From the NCBI GenBank assembly GCA_965199755.1, contig CBDASZ010000001.1, positions 544,001 to 608,000 on the forward strand: a stretch of 64,000 nt of DNA, in the 5' to 3' direction. Each line of letters begins with the position of its first letter. Within the stretch, counting starts at the first letter, position 1. The DNA is from an uncultured candidatus Porisulfidus sp. Lineage in GTDB: Bacteria; Pseudomonadota; Gammaproteobacteria; Poriferisulfidales; Poriferisulfidaceae. A program made the translations under genes and the position numbers. Below, piece after piece: positions 18,504-27,666 of the stretch. The notes under the pieces were generated by a model that saw nothing but the letters and a program-made list of their open reading frames with translations, did not search any database and was not told the DNA's origin.

Positions 18504-19051
18504 TGATCATGGCGGAGTTGCTCGCCTCGCTGCTGAATCTGGTGCTGTATGGGTTTCTGCTGCGCTTGCTGTTTGAGTTTCATCGGGTCGACTACTACCA
18601 CCCGCTCTCACAGACGCTGGCGAAACTGACCAATCCGCTGTATCTGCCTATTCGCCGGGTGGTGCCGTCATGGCGTGGCATTGATATGCCATTGCTGCTG
18701 ATCGTACTGGCGCTGAAATTGCTGTTGCTGTATTACGGCCCGCTGGGGGAGGCCCCGGTGTCGATTCTTGCGATGGTGCTGTTCGCGGCCACGCAACTGG
18801 TCGTGATGGCGCTGAATCTGTATCTGATTTGTTTGGTGATCGGGGTGGTGGCTAGTTGGCTGCAGTTGTCCGCGGGCGCGCAGTCGGTGGTTTCGGTATT
18901 GCATGCATTGACCGGGCCGATGTTGATTCGGGTTCGTAGTGTGCTGCCGGATACGGGCATGCTGGACTTCTCGCCAATGGTGGCGATGATCGGGATTCTG
19001 GTGGTGCAAAGCCTGCTGGGGCAACTCAGTGGCTGGGTGCTGCGCCTGTAA
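18503..19051 (+). CDS. yggT: YggT family membrane protein
   Basis: Two YGGT repeats ('LTNP...RR..P', 'LDFSP'); yggS-proC-yggT order. Confidence 0.88.
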   Translation: MIMAELLASLLNLVLYGFLLRLLFEFHRVDYYHPLSQTLAKLTNPLYLPIRRVVPSWRGIDMPLLLIVLALKLLLLYYGPLGEAPVSILAMVLFAATQLVVMALNLYLICLVIGVVASWLQLSAGAQSVVSVLHALTGPMLIRVRSVLPDTGMLDFSPMVAMIGILVVQSLLGQLSGWVLRL

Positions 19052-19054
19052 CGC

Positions 19055-20035
19055 TCAGGACAAACGCTCCAGCCAGTTGCGGTAGAGCTGTCGGGAGACG
19101 TCATGCCACGGTGGTGCGCCGGGACTCTGCAGCGCGTCTTCCGGGAATTGCTCGAGCAATTCCACAGACCGTCCACGATCCAGCACCAGTTTCTGGAATG
19201 CCTCGGCCTGATTGAGCGCCTCTGGCGAGAAGCTATTGTTGGGCACTGGCGGGTAGTCGTCGCGCTCGTTTATCAGGTAGCGGTGCACTTCCCGTTTGTA
19301 TTCTTTCAGCAGGCTAATGGACTCGTATTCCGGGTGGCCCTGGAAATACACCCGCCGCTCATCTGGCTCCACCGCCATCTGTACGCCGCAGTCTCCGGCG
19401 ATCAACACTTGCACGCCGCATTTCTCAAGCGCCGGTTCCGGCACTTCGTTGAAGCGTGAATGCGGCATGTCAATCTGCTGAGGCAGCCCGTCCAGCAATG
19501 GGTGTGCTTGTCTGAGTGTGTGGGGAAAGATGCCCCAGCATTTGTGTTCCAGATGCTGGCGCTGAATGCCGTGGAAGACCAGCGCTGATGCGTGCGCGGC
19601 CAGGCAGGAGCAGATCACAGGCAACTGGCACTGGTCGGCTTGCTCCAGCGTGCCTGTGAGGGCCGCCCAGAACACTTCACGGGTCAGGTCCGCTTCCGTG
19701 ACATTGGCACCAGTGACGATCAAGGCGTCGAGTTCGTTGTAGGCGAGGTCGCGACAATCCGTGTAGTAGTCGCGCAGGTGAGCATGGATGTCTTCGTCCT
19801 GACGAAGGATGCCGTCGACGCGAAACAAAGACACCGTGCAGCAGCGTGTCTCATGGCTGTCGAGCAGCGTGAAGAACTGGCGCTCGGTGGCGAGCAGCGC
19901 ACGGTCCGGCATCATGTTGAGCAGACCGATGCGTAAGGGAGCGGTGGAATCCGGGCTGTGGTCGACCACGCGGACTCCGGTTTGCGCCACGCGCTCCAGA
20001 CTTGGCGTCGCGTTGGCCTGACGCAACAGGGGCAT
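19055..20035 (-). CDS. metA: Homoserine O-succinyl/acetyltransferase (MetA family)
   Basis: 'IGLLNMMPD...TERQF', 'IVTGA', 'PHSRFN', 'FQGHPEY', 'LLKEYKRE'. Confidence 0.92.
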   Translation of the reverse strand: MPLLRQANATPSLERVAQTGVRVVDHSPDSTAPLRIGLLNMMPDRALLATERQFFTLLDSHETRCCTVSLFRVDGILRQDEDIHAHLRDYYTDCRDLAYNELDALIVTGANVTEADLTREVFWAALTGTLEQADQCQLPVICSCLAAHASALVFHGIQRQHLEHKCWGIFPHTLRQAHPLLDGLPQQIDMPHSRFNEVPEPALEKCGVQVLIAGDCGVQMAVEPDERRVYFQGHPEYESISLLKEYKREVHRYLINERDDYPPVPNNSFSPEALNQAEAFQKLVLDRGRSVELLEQFPEDALQSPGAPPWHDVSRQLYRNWLERLS

Positions 20036-20041
20036 GGGGGA

Positions 20042-20893
20042 TTAGCTGTCCGCGCGATCGATGGCGCGCGCGATCAGTTCAACAAACTCCTCGCCGCTGG
20101 TGACGTTCCCGGTTTCGTCCATGCTGACAGTGTAGCCGTATTGCTGCGCGATGCTTTGATAGCGCGCCATGCGATCCTGCAGCAGCCGCGGAAAGGCCCA
20201 GCAGGTGAACTCATCCGGAACGATCTGTTCGTATTCGATATTGTCGTACTCCAAGCAATAGTCTTGCAGCGCCTGATCCAGAAAATGATCCGGGTAGTAC
20301 AAGGGCTTGGGGTCGTCTTGCTGCCGGTCCGTCAGTTTCTGAATGTGCTTCTCGTCGGCATGGATGTACAGGATGAGCGTATGTTTGGCCAGCAATTCGT
20401 AGACTTCCGGATTTTGCATTTCGCACAGGCTGCCACCGGCATCGTTGATCAGATGCGGGTAGCCATAGACCTTCTGTCCCTTGCGAATGAAGTCAGGCAT
20501 ATCACGCATCGCTTTTTCTTCAGCGTCATGGTGTTCCTGTAGTCGAATCTTGAATTCTTTCAGCGGCAGACCGCCGAGCTCTTCGTTGCCGGGCTTGCCA
20601 AGGTAGGCCATGACTGGCTCCAGATTGTCGATCGTGATGTTGTTGGCAATGTAGATTGAGTCCGAGCGCAGCAACTCCGCCACGAACGGCACTTCTTTCA
20701 CGATGCGTGTCTTGATGTTGTCGAGAATGTTCTCGCCCAGATAGTGGGTGCCGATCCGGTAGTCGCCGGAATAGTGGAACCATTTCTTCCGGTCCAACTG
20801 GGAAGACAGGCGCGTCTTGCCCACCCCGGACATACCAAGCAAGGTGACCGCCTTGTGCGGCAGGTCACGGAACTCCTGTGCAGACAGACGCAT
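20042..20893 (-). CDS. P-loop ATPase/kinase-like protein
   Basis: Walker A 'GMSGVGKT', 'WFHYSGDYRIGT', 'DAGGSLCE', 'PKPLYY'. Confidence 0.8.
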   Translation of the reverse strand: MRLSAQEFRDLPHKAVTLLGMSGVGKTRLSSQLDRKKWFHYSGDYRIGTHYLGENILDNIKTRIVKEVPFVAELLRSDSIYIANNITIDNLEPVMAYLGKPGNEELGGLPLKEFKIRLQEHHDAEEKAMRDMPDFIRKGQKVYGYPHLINDAGGSLCEMQNPEVYELLAKHTLILYIHADEKHIQKLTDRQQDDPKPLYYPDHFLDQALQDYCLEYDNIEYEQIVPDEFTCWAFPRLLQDRMARYQSIAQQYGYTVSMDETGNVTSGEEFVELIARAIDRADS

Positions 20894-20911
20894 GTGTTGC
20901 CGACGGGGCGA

Positions 20912-22348
20912 CTACAGCGAAGGTGAGCGCAGCACCATCAGCTTGTCCACCTGCATGTCCTCGAAGGTGTAAGGGATGCCGCCGATCCCGTGGCCGGACT
21001 GCTTGAGGCCGGCGAACGGCATCCAGTCGACACGGAATGCGGTGTGATTGTTGATCATCACCGTGGCTGCTTCCAGCTGGTGGTAGCAGTGCATCGCGGT
21101 GTCCACATTGCGACTGAATACGGCCGCCTGGAAGGAGAACGGGCCCGCATTGGCGCGGGCGATAGCGTCGTCCATATCGTCGAAGCTGTAGACGCAGATG
21201 ACCGGGCCGAAAATTTCATGCTCGCTGACCTGGGCGTCGTCCGGCGGATCCAGCAGCACCGTGGGGGCGTAACTGGTGTCCGACAGGCGCTTGCCGCCAC
21301 TGATGAGTTCAGCGCCGGCGGCCACCGCTTCATCCACCCAAGCCTCCACGCGGTCAACTTCACCGGGCCGGATCAAGGGGCCGACATCGGTGTCCGGCAG
21401 GGTCGGATCGCCGACTTTCATGCCATCACCTTGCGCCGCCAGACCCTCGGCAATGCCGCGTGCCATATCGTGTTCCGCGTAGACGCGCTGCACCGAGACG
21501 CAGACCTGACCGGCATGATAAAAGCCGCCTTTGGCCAGCAGAGGTAGCGCGCCGTCCACGTCTGCATCCGCGGCCATGATGACAGGTGCAATGCCGCCAT
21601 GCTCCAGCGCGCAGCGCGCGCCGGGTGCGAGTTTCGAGCGCAGCATCCAGCCAACTGTGGCGCTGCCGATAAAACTGAAAAAGGCCACGCGCGGATCTGC
21701 GACCATCGCCTCAGAGACGGCGTGGTCATCCATATTGATTGCCTGTACGTAGTCTTCCGGCAAGCCCGCTTCATACAGCATTTCAGCGAAGCGCATGCAG
21801 GAGAAGGGTGTGTTGAGCGCCGGCTTGATGATGGCCGGACAGCCGGAGGCGATGGCCGGGCCGACCTGATGCACGATCAGGTTCAAGGGATGGTTGAAGG
21901 CCGAGAACCCCAGCACCACGCCGATCGGATACTTGCGCGTCAGCGCCAGATGATTCGCCGAGGCTGGATTCAGATTCATCGGAATCTCACGCCCGGCCTC
22001 GGTGCGCAGTACTTCCACGCAACTGTGCATGCCGTCAATGGCGCGCGCCACTTCCACGTGTGAGTCGGGCAGAGGCTTGCCGCCTTCGCGCGCGGCTTCG
22101 ACCGCCAACTCTTCACGGCGGGCCGTCATCAGCTCGGCGGTTTTCTCCAGCACCTCAATGCGCTGCGCCGGCGGCAGCCAGCGCGACTTGTCCTGATAAA
22201 TCGCAAATGCGGTAGCCAGAACCTGCTCGGCCTGCTCGGAATTGATGACGTCAACCGTACCAATTTCGGAGCGATCCCAAGGCGCATAAACGGTGGCCTT
22301 GTTGTCGCAAGGACCGATTCTCGGAGCGAAGTTAGCGTAATGAGTCAC
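20912..22348 (-). CDS. Aldehyde dehydrogenase family protein
   Basis: 'FNHPL', 'FIGS', 'LEHGG', catalytic 'GQVCVS', 'EIFGPV'. Confidence 0.93.
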   Translation of the reverse strand: MTHYANFAPRIGPCDNKATVYAPWDRSEIGTVDVINSEQAEQVLATAFAIYQDKSRWLPPAQRIEVLEKTAELMTARREELAVEAAREGGKPLPDSHVEVARAIDGMHSCVEVLRTEAGREIPMNLNPASANHLALTRKYPIGVVLGFSAFNHPLNLIVHQVGPAIASGCPAIIKPALNTPFSCMRFAEMLYEAGLPEDYVQAINMDDHAVSEAMVADPRVAFFSFIGSATVGWMLRSKLAPGARCALEHGGIAPVIMAADADVDGALPLLAKGGFYHAGQVCVSVQRVYAEHDMARGIAEGLAAQGDGMKVGDPTLPDTDVGPLIRPGEVDRVEAWVDEAVAAGAELISGGKRLSDTSYAPTVLLDPPDDAQVSEHEIFGPVICVYSFDDMDDAIARANAGPFSFQAAVFSRNVDTAMHCYHQLEAATVMINNHTAFRVDWMPFAGLKQSGHGIGGIPYTFEDMQVDKLMVLRSPSL

Positions 22349-22485
22349 GAGGGTGTCAAAAGAGGTGGTTGTAAGATTTAATAATTATAGCCCAGACCTG
22401 CGAGCAAGTGGTAAGCGGGAGTTATGCAGAGGCTGGAAATACATTATCTTTCAATAACTTTACAAAATAACCGAACAGAAGAATT

Positions 22486-23283
22486 TCACGATGATTTTGG
22501 GTTAGGGAAGGCGAAGAATTGTTGTGCGCATTCTTGCGTGCGCCGCGCCAGTTCGGCGACAGGCAGATCCAGAGACTGCGCGATTTGTTCGGCGATGTGC
22601 GCCAGCCACATCGGTTCATTGCGGCGTGTGCGCGGCATTGGCTTTAGCGTGCGCGGCAGCAGGTAGGGTGCGTCGGTCTCTAGCATCAGGCGGTCCAGCG
22701 GGACCTGGTCGATCACCTCACGCAGCGCACCACCGCGGCGTTCGTCACAGAACCATCCAGTGACGCCGATGTACATGTCGCGTTCCAGACAGGCATGCAG
22801 CAAACTCTCGCCACCGGTGAAGCAGTGCAGCACGCGACGCTGTAGCGCGGGCACCGCGTCGAGCGCATCGAGAAAGTCCGCGTCCGCCTCCCGGTTGTGC
22901 AGCAGCACCGGCAGTTCGAGTTCACGCGCCAGTTCCAGTTGTTCGGTGAAGACGCGCCGCTGGATCGGGCGTGGTGAGAAGTCCCGGTTGTAGTCCAGTC
23001 CGCACTCGCCGATGGCGAGTACCCGTTTATCTTGCGCCCATTGCCGTAGCTGCTTCGCGTGCGCCTCGCTCCACTCGCTGGCATGATGCGGATGGACTCC
23101 GGTGACGGCCCAGCAGTTTGCGTAAGTGTGCGCGAGTTGAATGCAGGCCTCGCTCTCTTTTAATGTGGCACCGGCCAGCACCAGACGGCTGACGCCGGCG
23201 TCACAGGCGCGCTGCACAACCGCTTCTTCGTCTTTGGCAAAAGAGTCGTGCGTCAGGTTGCAGCAGATGTCAGTCAGTTGCAA
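22486..23283 (-). CDS. tatD: TatD family DNase
   Basis: 'GVHPH', 'IGECGLDY.RDFS', 'LHCFTG', 'LETDAPYL', 'RNEP'; TTG start inferred. Confidence 0.9.
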   Translation of the reverse strand: MQLTDICCNLTHDSFAKDEEAVVQRACDAGVSRLVLAGATLKESEACIQLAHTYANCWAVTGVHPHHASEWSEAHAKQLRQWAQDKRVLAIGECGLDYNRDFSPRPIQRRVFTEQLELARELELPVLLHNREADADFLDALDAVPALQRRVLHCFTGGESLLHACLERDMYIGVTGWFCDERRGGALREVIDQVPLDRLMLETDAPYLLPRTLKPMPRTRRNEPMWLAHIAEQIAQSLDLPVAELARRTQECAQQFFAFPNPKSS

Positions 23284-24067
23284 GGCTGAGATCCCGACAG
23301 GATAAGCAGAGACGATCGGCGTGCGTATCAATAGGTGTCTGGCAGCTGCGGCACAGATTTGGGTGGGTGGCGCGTCCTTGGGGGTCAATCGCGACACGGT
23401 CGTCGAACACAAAGCATTCGCCCTGCCAGTGGCGCGCGCCGCACTGCTCGAAGTAATTGAGAATGCCGCCGTCGAGTTGCCATACCTCTTTGTGTCCTTG
23501 TTGTTGCAGCCAGGCGCTGGCTAACTCGCAGCGAATGCCGCCGGTGCAGTAGGTGACGATGGGCAGATCGTCCGAGGCGAATTGCGGCAGGCTGTCGGGG
23601 AAGTCGCGAAACTGGGAGATCTCCAGCGAGCAGGCATCTGTGAAATGCCCCAGCGTGAACTCATAGTCATTGCGCGCATCCAGCAGTCGCAGCGGGCGGC
23701 CTTCATCCAGCCACGCGCACAATTGCTGCGGCGAGAGATGCGGGGCCGGGTGGTGTTCACACACCGGATGTCCGAGCGGGACCGAGAGCAGGGACTCCCG
23801 CGCCTGCACCACCAGTTTGCTGTAGGGCGATTCGTTGACCGGGCTGTGCCGGTAGTTCAGCTCAGTGAAGGCGCTGTGTTCGCGCAGTTCCTGTTTCAGA
23901 CGTTGGAGCTGCGCCGGCTCGCCGACCAGACTCAGGTTGATGCCTTCCGGTGCCAGGTGCACGGTACCGAGCAGTTGTTCCTCGGCGCACACCTGTTGTA
24001 GGCGTGCCAGCAGGGCGTCAATGGGGCCTGCGTCCAGAAACTGGTACGCGGTGCAATGTTCCAGCAC
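23270..24067 (-). CDS. trhO: Rhodanese-domain tRNA U34 hydroxylase (TrhO/YceA family)
   Basis: 'LAPEGIN', 'LDARNDYE..GHF', 'YCTGGIRCE', 'LDGGILNY', 'CFVFDDR'. Confidence 0.88.
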   Translation of the reverse strand: MLEHCTAYQFLDAGPIDALLARLQQVCAEEQLLGTVHLAPEGINLSLVGEPAQLQRLKQELREHSAFTELNYRHSPVNESPYSKLVVQARESLLSVPLGHPVCEHHPAPHLSPQQLCAWLDEGRPLRLLDARNDYEFTLGHFTDACSLEISQFRDFPDSLPQFASDDLPIVTYCTGGIRCELASAWLQQQGHKEVWQLDGGILNYFEQCGARHWQGECFVFDDRVAIDPQGRATHPNLCRSCQTPIDTHADRLCLSCRDLSLATD

Positions 24068-24071
24068 GGGC

Positions 24072-24587
24072 TCAGAACCGTTCAATCTGAGTGAACAGAC
24101 CGACGCGCAAATCTTCGGCGACGTAAATATCCTTGTCGTCGACCTGAACGCGCCCGTCGGCGATGCCCATGATCAGTGAGTGAGAGATGAGGCGCTTGAT
24201 GTCAATCTGGTAGCGGACCAATGTGTGCTGGGGCGTGACCTGACCGGAGAACTTGACCCGCCCGACGCCGAGCGCGCGGCCGCGGCCTGGATGGCCACAC
24301 CAGCCCAGAAAGAATCCCACCAGTTGCCATAGCGCATCCAGTCCGAGACACCCCGGCATCACCGGGTCTCCGGGGAAATGACAGGCGAAGAACCACAGCT
24401 CCGGGTTAATGTCCAGTTCGGCCGTCAGCACGCCTTGATCGTACGCGCCACCTTCCTTGCTGATATGCGTGATACGGCTCAGCATCAGCATGTCGGGAGA
24501 TGGCAGTTGCGCGTTGCCTTCGCCGAACATTTCGCCGCGCGCGCAACGCAGCAGATCGTCGTAAGAGAAGTGGTCGGGAGGAGTCAT
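24072..24587 (-). CDS. fabA: 3-hydroxydecanoyl-ACP dehydratase/isomerase
   Basis: '[28 protein letters not shown]', 'GRALGVG.VKF.GQV'. Confidence 0.97.
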   Translation of the reverse strand: MTPPDHFSYDDLLRCARGEMFGEGNAQLPSPDMLMLSRITHISKEGGAYDQGVLTAELDINPELWFFACHFPGDPVMPGCLGLDALWQLVGFFLGWCGHPGRGRALGVGRVKFSGQVTPQHTLVRYQIDIKRLISHSLIMGIADGRVQVDDKDIYVAEDLRVGLFTQIERF

Positions 24588-24648
24588 TTGGAAATTCGTG
24601 GCGCGTTCGCGCGCCTCGAGAGCGTGGTGGCATTTTACCCTGCTGGCG

Positions 24649-25593
24649 TCATGCGCTCTGGCGCTGCAGCCGTCCCAGCACCAGCCGCAACTCTCCATAA
24701 GTCTGCAACAGCGTGATGTCGGCCTCATCGCTGACGGTTTCATACGGGTTCAGACGCGGGCTGTGCAGCAAGATCGGCAGGGTCGCTCCCAGCGCCGCGC
24801 GCAATTTGCGCAACTCGTTGGGCAACAGGGAATCCTCATGCAAATCCGTGGCGAGCGCGATGGCGCGAGCGTCGGAACGTTTCGCGGCGTACGCGACCTC
24901 TTCGACCGGAATGTCATAACCCAGATAGACCGGGGTCCAGCCATAGGCGCGGATGGCCGCGCTCAAGCGCAGCAGAAGCAAGGTGTCTTCCCAGGGGGTC
25001 ATGCCGGTGACAACGACGCGCTCATTGGGATCGTGATGCGGGTCGGAGCGGGCCGCGTAATGCAGCAGATGGCTTTTGATGATCTGCTCCGCCATGCGCT
25101 TTTGCGCCATCTGCAGCGTGCCTTGGCGGCATTCGTTTTGAATGTGCTGCACCAGCGGGGCGATCAGGTCTTCCTGCATGAATGGCTCTTCGAGGTTGAT
25201 CTCGGCTTCCTGCAGGCTGTACTGCAGCCGCTCCGGGTGCATGTCCGCGATCGCCGCGGCGCATTCATCGAAATAATCCATCACCGACTCGGTGCTGGGA
25301 CGCGCCGAAGGGCGTCCGGGCGCGTTGCTGATGGCGGCGCGGTCATCATCGACCAGTGCTTCAAGTTCCGTAGTCGACAGCGCGGCGATGTCGCTGATGC
25401 GCCGACCGGACTGCGTGATGCACGCGAGCAGGCACAAACGCTCAATATCGTGATCGCTGTAGAGCCGCCGACGGGTCTCGGTTCGCTGCGGCATGATCGC
25501 TTGATAGCGCTGCTCCCAGACGCGAATCAGCGCGGCGCTCAGGCCACTGCGCTGTGCTGCGACCTGTATGGGGTGAACGGCTGGTTGAGACAT
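24649..25593 (-). CDS. MerR-family regulator with degenerate cobalamin-binding domain (CarH/LitR-like)
   Basis: MerR HTH '[22 protein letters not shown]', helical bundle, Rossmann-like '[11 protein letters not shown]'. Confidence 0.85.
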   Translation of the reverse strand: MSQPAVHPIQVAAQRSGLSAALIRVWEQRYQAIMPQRTETRRRLYSDHDIERLCLLACITQSGRRISDIAALSTTELEALVDDDRAAISNAPGRPSARPSTESVMDYFDECAAAIADMHPERLQYSLQEAEINLEEPFMQEDLIAPLVQHIQNECRQGTLQMAQKRMAEQIIKSHLLHYAARSDPHHDPNERVVVTGMTPWEDTLLLLRLSAAIRAYGWTPVYLGYDIPVEEVAYAAKRSDARAIALATDLHEDSLLPNELRKLRAALGATLPILLHSPRLNPYETVSDEADITLLQTYGELRLVLGRLQRQSA

Positions 25594-25595
25594 TT

Positions 25596-25624
25596 TGTCA
25601 ACCTTTTGTGTAGGTTTGTGTTTA
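25596..25624 (-). promoter_or_regulatory. Putative CarH-type operator (tandem TnnACA repeats)
   Basis: Minus-strand TTGACA (25596-25601), TACACA (25607-25612) and TAAACA (25619-25624), spaced 11 and 12 bp, abutting the regulator start. Confidence 0.5.
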
Positions 25625-25715
25625 ACTATCATACTTGCTTAAAAATATTCTGTGTTAGATTATTGTCATCGATGCCGCGCAAGCGGTTGGACTAAAAATA
25701 TAAGGAGTTTGCTTT

Positions 25716-26861
25716 ATGAAGAAGTTTTTCATTAACGTGCGCTACTTCCTCGCACCGCTACTGATTCTTTCCGCTTTGTTCGGAGTGATCGCAGGCGGTC
25801 CGTGGGTGTGGACTGGCGTCGTCCTGATGGGCGTCGGCATTCTGGTAGACACAACGACACCGCAGCGTACCATGGGTGCCGGTTTTGATGACGACGGGGA
25901 CACATTTGGCATTCCGGCGTTGCAAAACGGCGTGATGTACAGCATGCTCGCAGTCTTTATTCTGCTGCAGCTGGCCATCTGCTGGCGCATCTACGAGTAT
26001 GTGAATGGCATAACACCTGGGGCTACCGGCTCACTGCTGGGCCTGACCTATCAGGAAGGTATCACTGGCATGCAGTTGGTAGGCGCGGTTGTGTCGACTG
26101 GCATTTTCGCCGGCATCGGCATTATCTACGGCCATGAGCTGGCGCATACCAAAGGCTTCAGTTTCGTCATTGCTCGCTGGATGATGGGCCTGTCGGGATC
26201 CTCGCATTTCTGCTACGCGCATGTATACAACCATCACCTGGAGTTGGGTTGCGAAGATGATCCGGCGACGGCACCACGCGGTCGGAGCATGTACGCGCAT
26301 CTGCCGAAATCCTATTTCGGACAGAGCAAGTTCCTCTACACGATGGAGAAACATCGTCTGGCCCGTCTGGGTGTTCCGTTCCTGTCTTGGCAGAATCGTT
26401 GGATTCGTGGCTATACCATGAGCCTGCCGACGCTGGCCCTGTTCTGGTTTGCTGGCGGCTGGGTTGGCATTTGCGCCATGTTGCTGATCTGGATGATCTC
26501 CAACTTCGAGTTGGAAGCGCTGAACTATCTGGAGCATTACGGCTTGATTCGCGAGAAAGGCCAGCCGATTGATTACCGCCACAGCTGGGATAACAGCACG
26601 GCCTTCACGAGCTGGTTCTTCATTGAGATCGGACGTCAGGCGGATCACCATGACCGCGGCGAGACCCACTTCTGGGAGCTCGACGAGGTCGGTGCGCCGA
26701 ACACGGGAATGGGGTACTTCACCCTGTTCGCGCTGGCGCTGATTCCGCCGGTATTCCATAAGTTCATGGAGCAGGAACTCAAGAAATGGGATGACGGGGA
26801 AGCCTCGGAAGGCGAACTCGAAATCTCGCAGGCGATCAACAAGGTGGCGGGTTACGCATAA
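25716..26861 (+). CDS. AlkB/XylM-family membrane di-iron monooxygenase
   Basis: His boxes 'HELAH', 'HVYNHH', 'NYLEHYGL', 'QADHH'; 'DPATAPRG', 'RHSWD'; TAAGGAG RBS. Confidence 0.87.
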   Translation: MKKFFINVRYFLAPLLILSALFGVIAGGPWVWTGVVLMGVGILVDTTTPQRTMGAGFDDDGDTFGIPALQNGVMYSMLAVFILLQLAICWRIYEYVNGITPGATGSLLGLTYQEGITGMQLVGAVVSTGIFAGIGIIYGHELAHTKGFSFVIARWMMGLSGSSHFCYAHVYNHHLELGCEDDPATAPRGRSMYAHLPKSYFGQSKFLYTMEKHRLARLGVPFLSWQNRWIRGYTMSLPTLALFWFAGGWVGICAMLLIWMISNFELEALNYLEHYGLIREKGQPIDYRHSWDNSTAFTSWFFIEIGRQADHHDRGETHFWELDEVGAPNTGMGYFTLFALALIPPVFHKFMEQELKKWDDGEASEGELEISQAINKVAGYA

Positions 26862-26891
26862 CCCTCTCACCGGCAGTTCGCCGACCCTATG

Positions 26892-26921
26892 AAGCGCCCC
26901 CGGAATCGGGGGCGCTTTTTT
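26892..26921 (+). terminator. Rho-independent terminator
   Basis: AAGCGCCCCCG-GAAT-CGGGGGCGCTT followed by a T run. Confidence 0.85.
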
Positions 26922-26940
26922 GTGGCCTTACAATAAAGTC

Positions 26941-27666
26941 ATGGTGCAAATCGGACAGTCAAACCCGCTCCCGGATGCCGTGATGGGCACGGTGGAGCGT
27001 GAGGATCACTCAGTATTGCAAAAGCGTATGCTGGAATTGCGCGCGCGATTGCGTTACATGAATCTGAAGGCAGCGTCGCGTCTGGCATTGCAACTGGAAC
27101 TGGCAGAGACGTGTCTGGAACTGAGCAATGGCGCGGAGGCGTTTCCCGTCGCGCGCGACGCACTCAGTGATGGTCTGGCGCTGAAAGACTATGAGGCAGC
27201 GGTGCGCGCCTGTCAGTGCATGTATCAGAGCGAGCAGCCGGAGTCCATTTCCGCGCTGGGTCAGGGGTTGTGGCTGGCGATCGCCTGTCCGGTCGATCCG
27301 CAACGGACTCTGGAGATGTTGCGCCATCTGGTGGAGGAGACACCGGATGACTCCGATGGTGCTGCCGTGGCCGCCATGCTCGGTTATTTTCTGATGGAGG
27401 CGCGCGCGGGGGGTGATGATCAGGAGCGACTGGTGTTTCTGGCGCGGCAACTGGTGGCGGAAGTGGCGCAGCGTCATCGAGGCATCACCGATGACGAGAC
27501 CATCAGCATCTGGGCGCAGATGCACGAACTGGACGATGTGGATGTACTGTTGGAGCGCATGGCGGTCATCATTGACACCATCACCCAGACCTGGTGGTTT
27601 GACCGTGATGCGTTGCGCGAGGAGTTTGCCTCCGGGAGTGCCGATGGAGGAGATGCCTCGACCTGA
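26941..27666 (+). CDS. Alpha-helical (TPR-like) hypothetical protein
   Basis: Long ORF with typical codon usage, overlapping the dinB start; 'ETPDDSDGAAVAA', 'WWFDRDALR'. Confidence 0.75.
   Translation: MVQIGQSNPLPDAVMGTVEREDHSVLQKRMLELRARLRYMNLKAASRLALQLELAETCLELSNGAEAFPVARDALSDGLALKDYEAAVRACQCMYQSEQPESISALGQGLWLAIACPVDPQRTLEMLRHLVEETPDDSDGAAVAAMLGYFLMEARAGGDDQERLVFLARQLVAEVAQRHRGITDDETISIWAQMHELDDVDVLLERMAVIIDTITQTWWFDRDALREEFASGSADGGDAST

Noticed and set aside
24072-24648. fabA as a certain member of the MerR regulator's transcript
   Set aside because: A separate -10-like TAAAAT lies at 24637-24632 on the minus strand, so fabA probably has its own promoter; the link remains speculative
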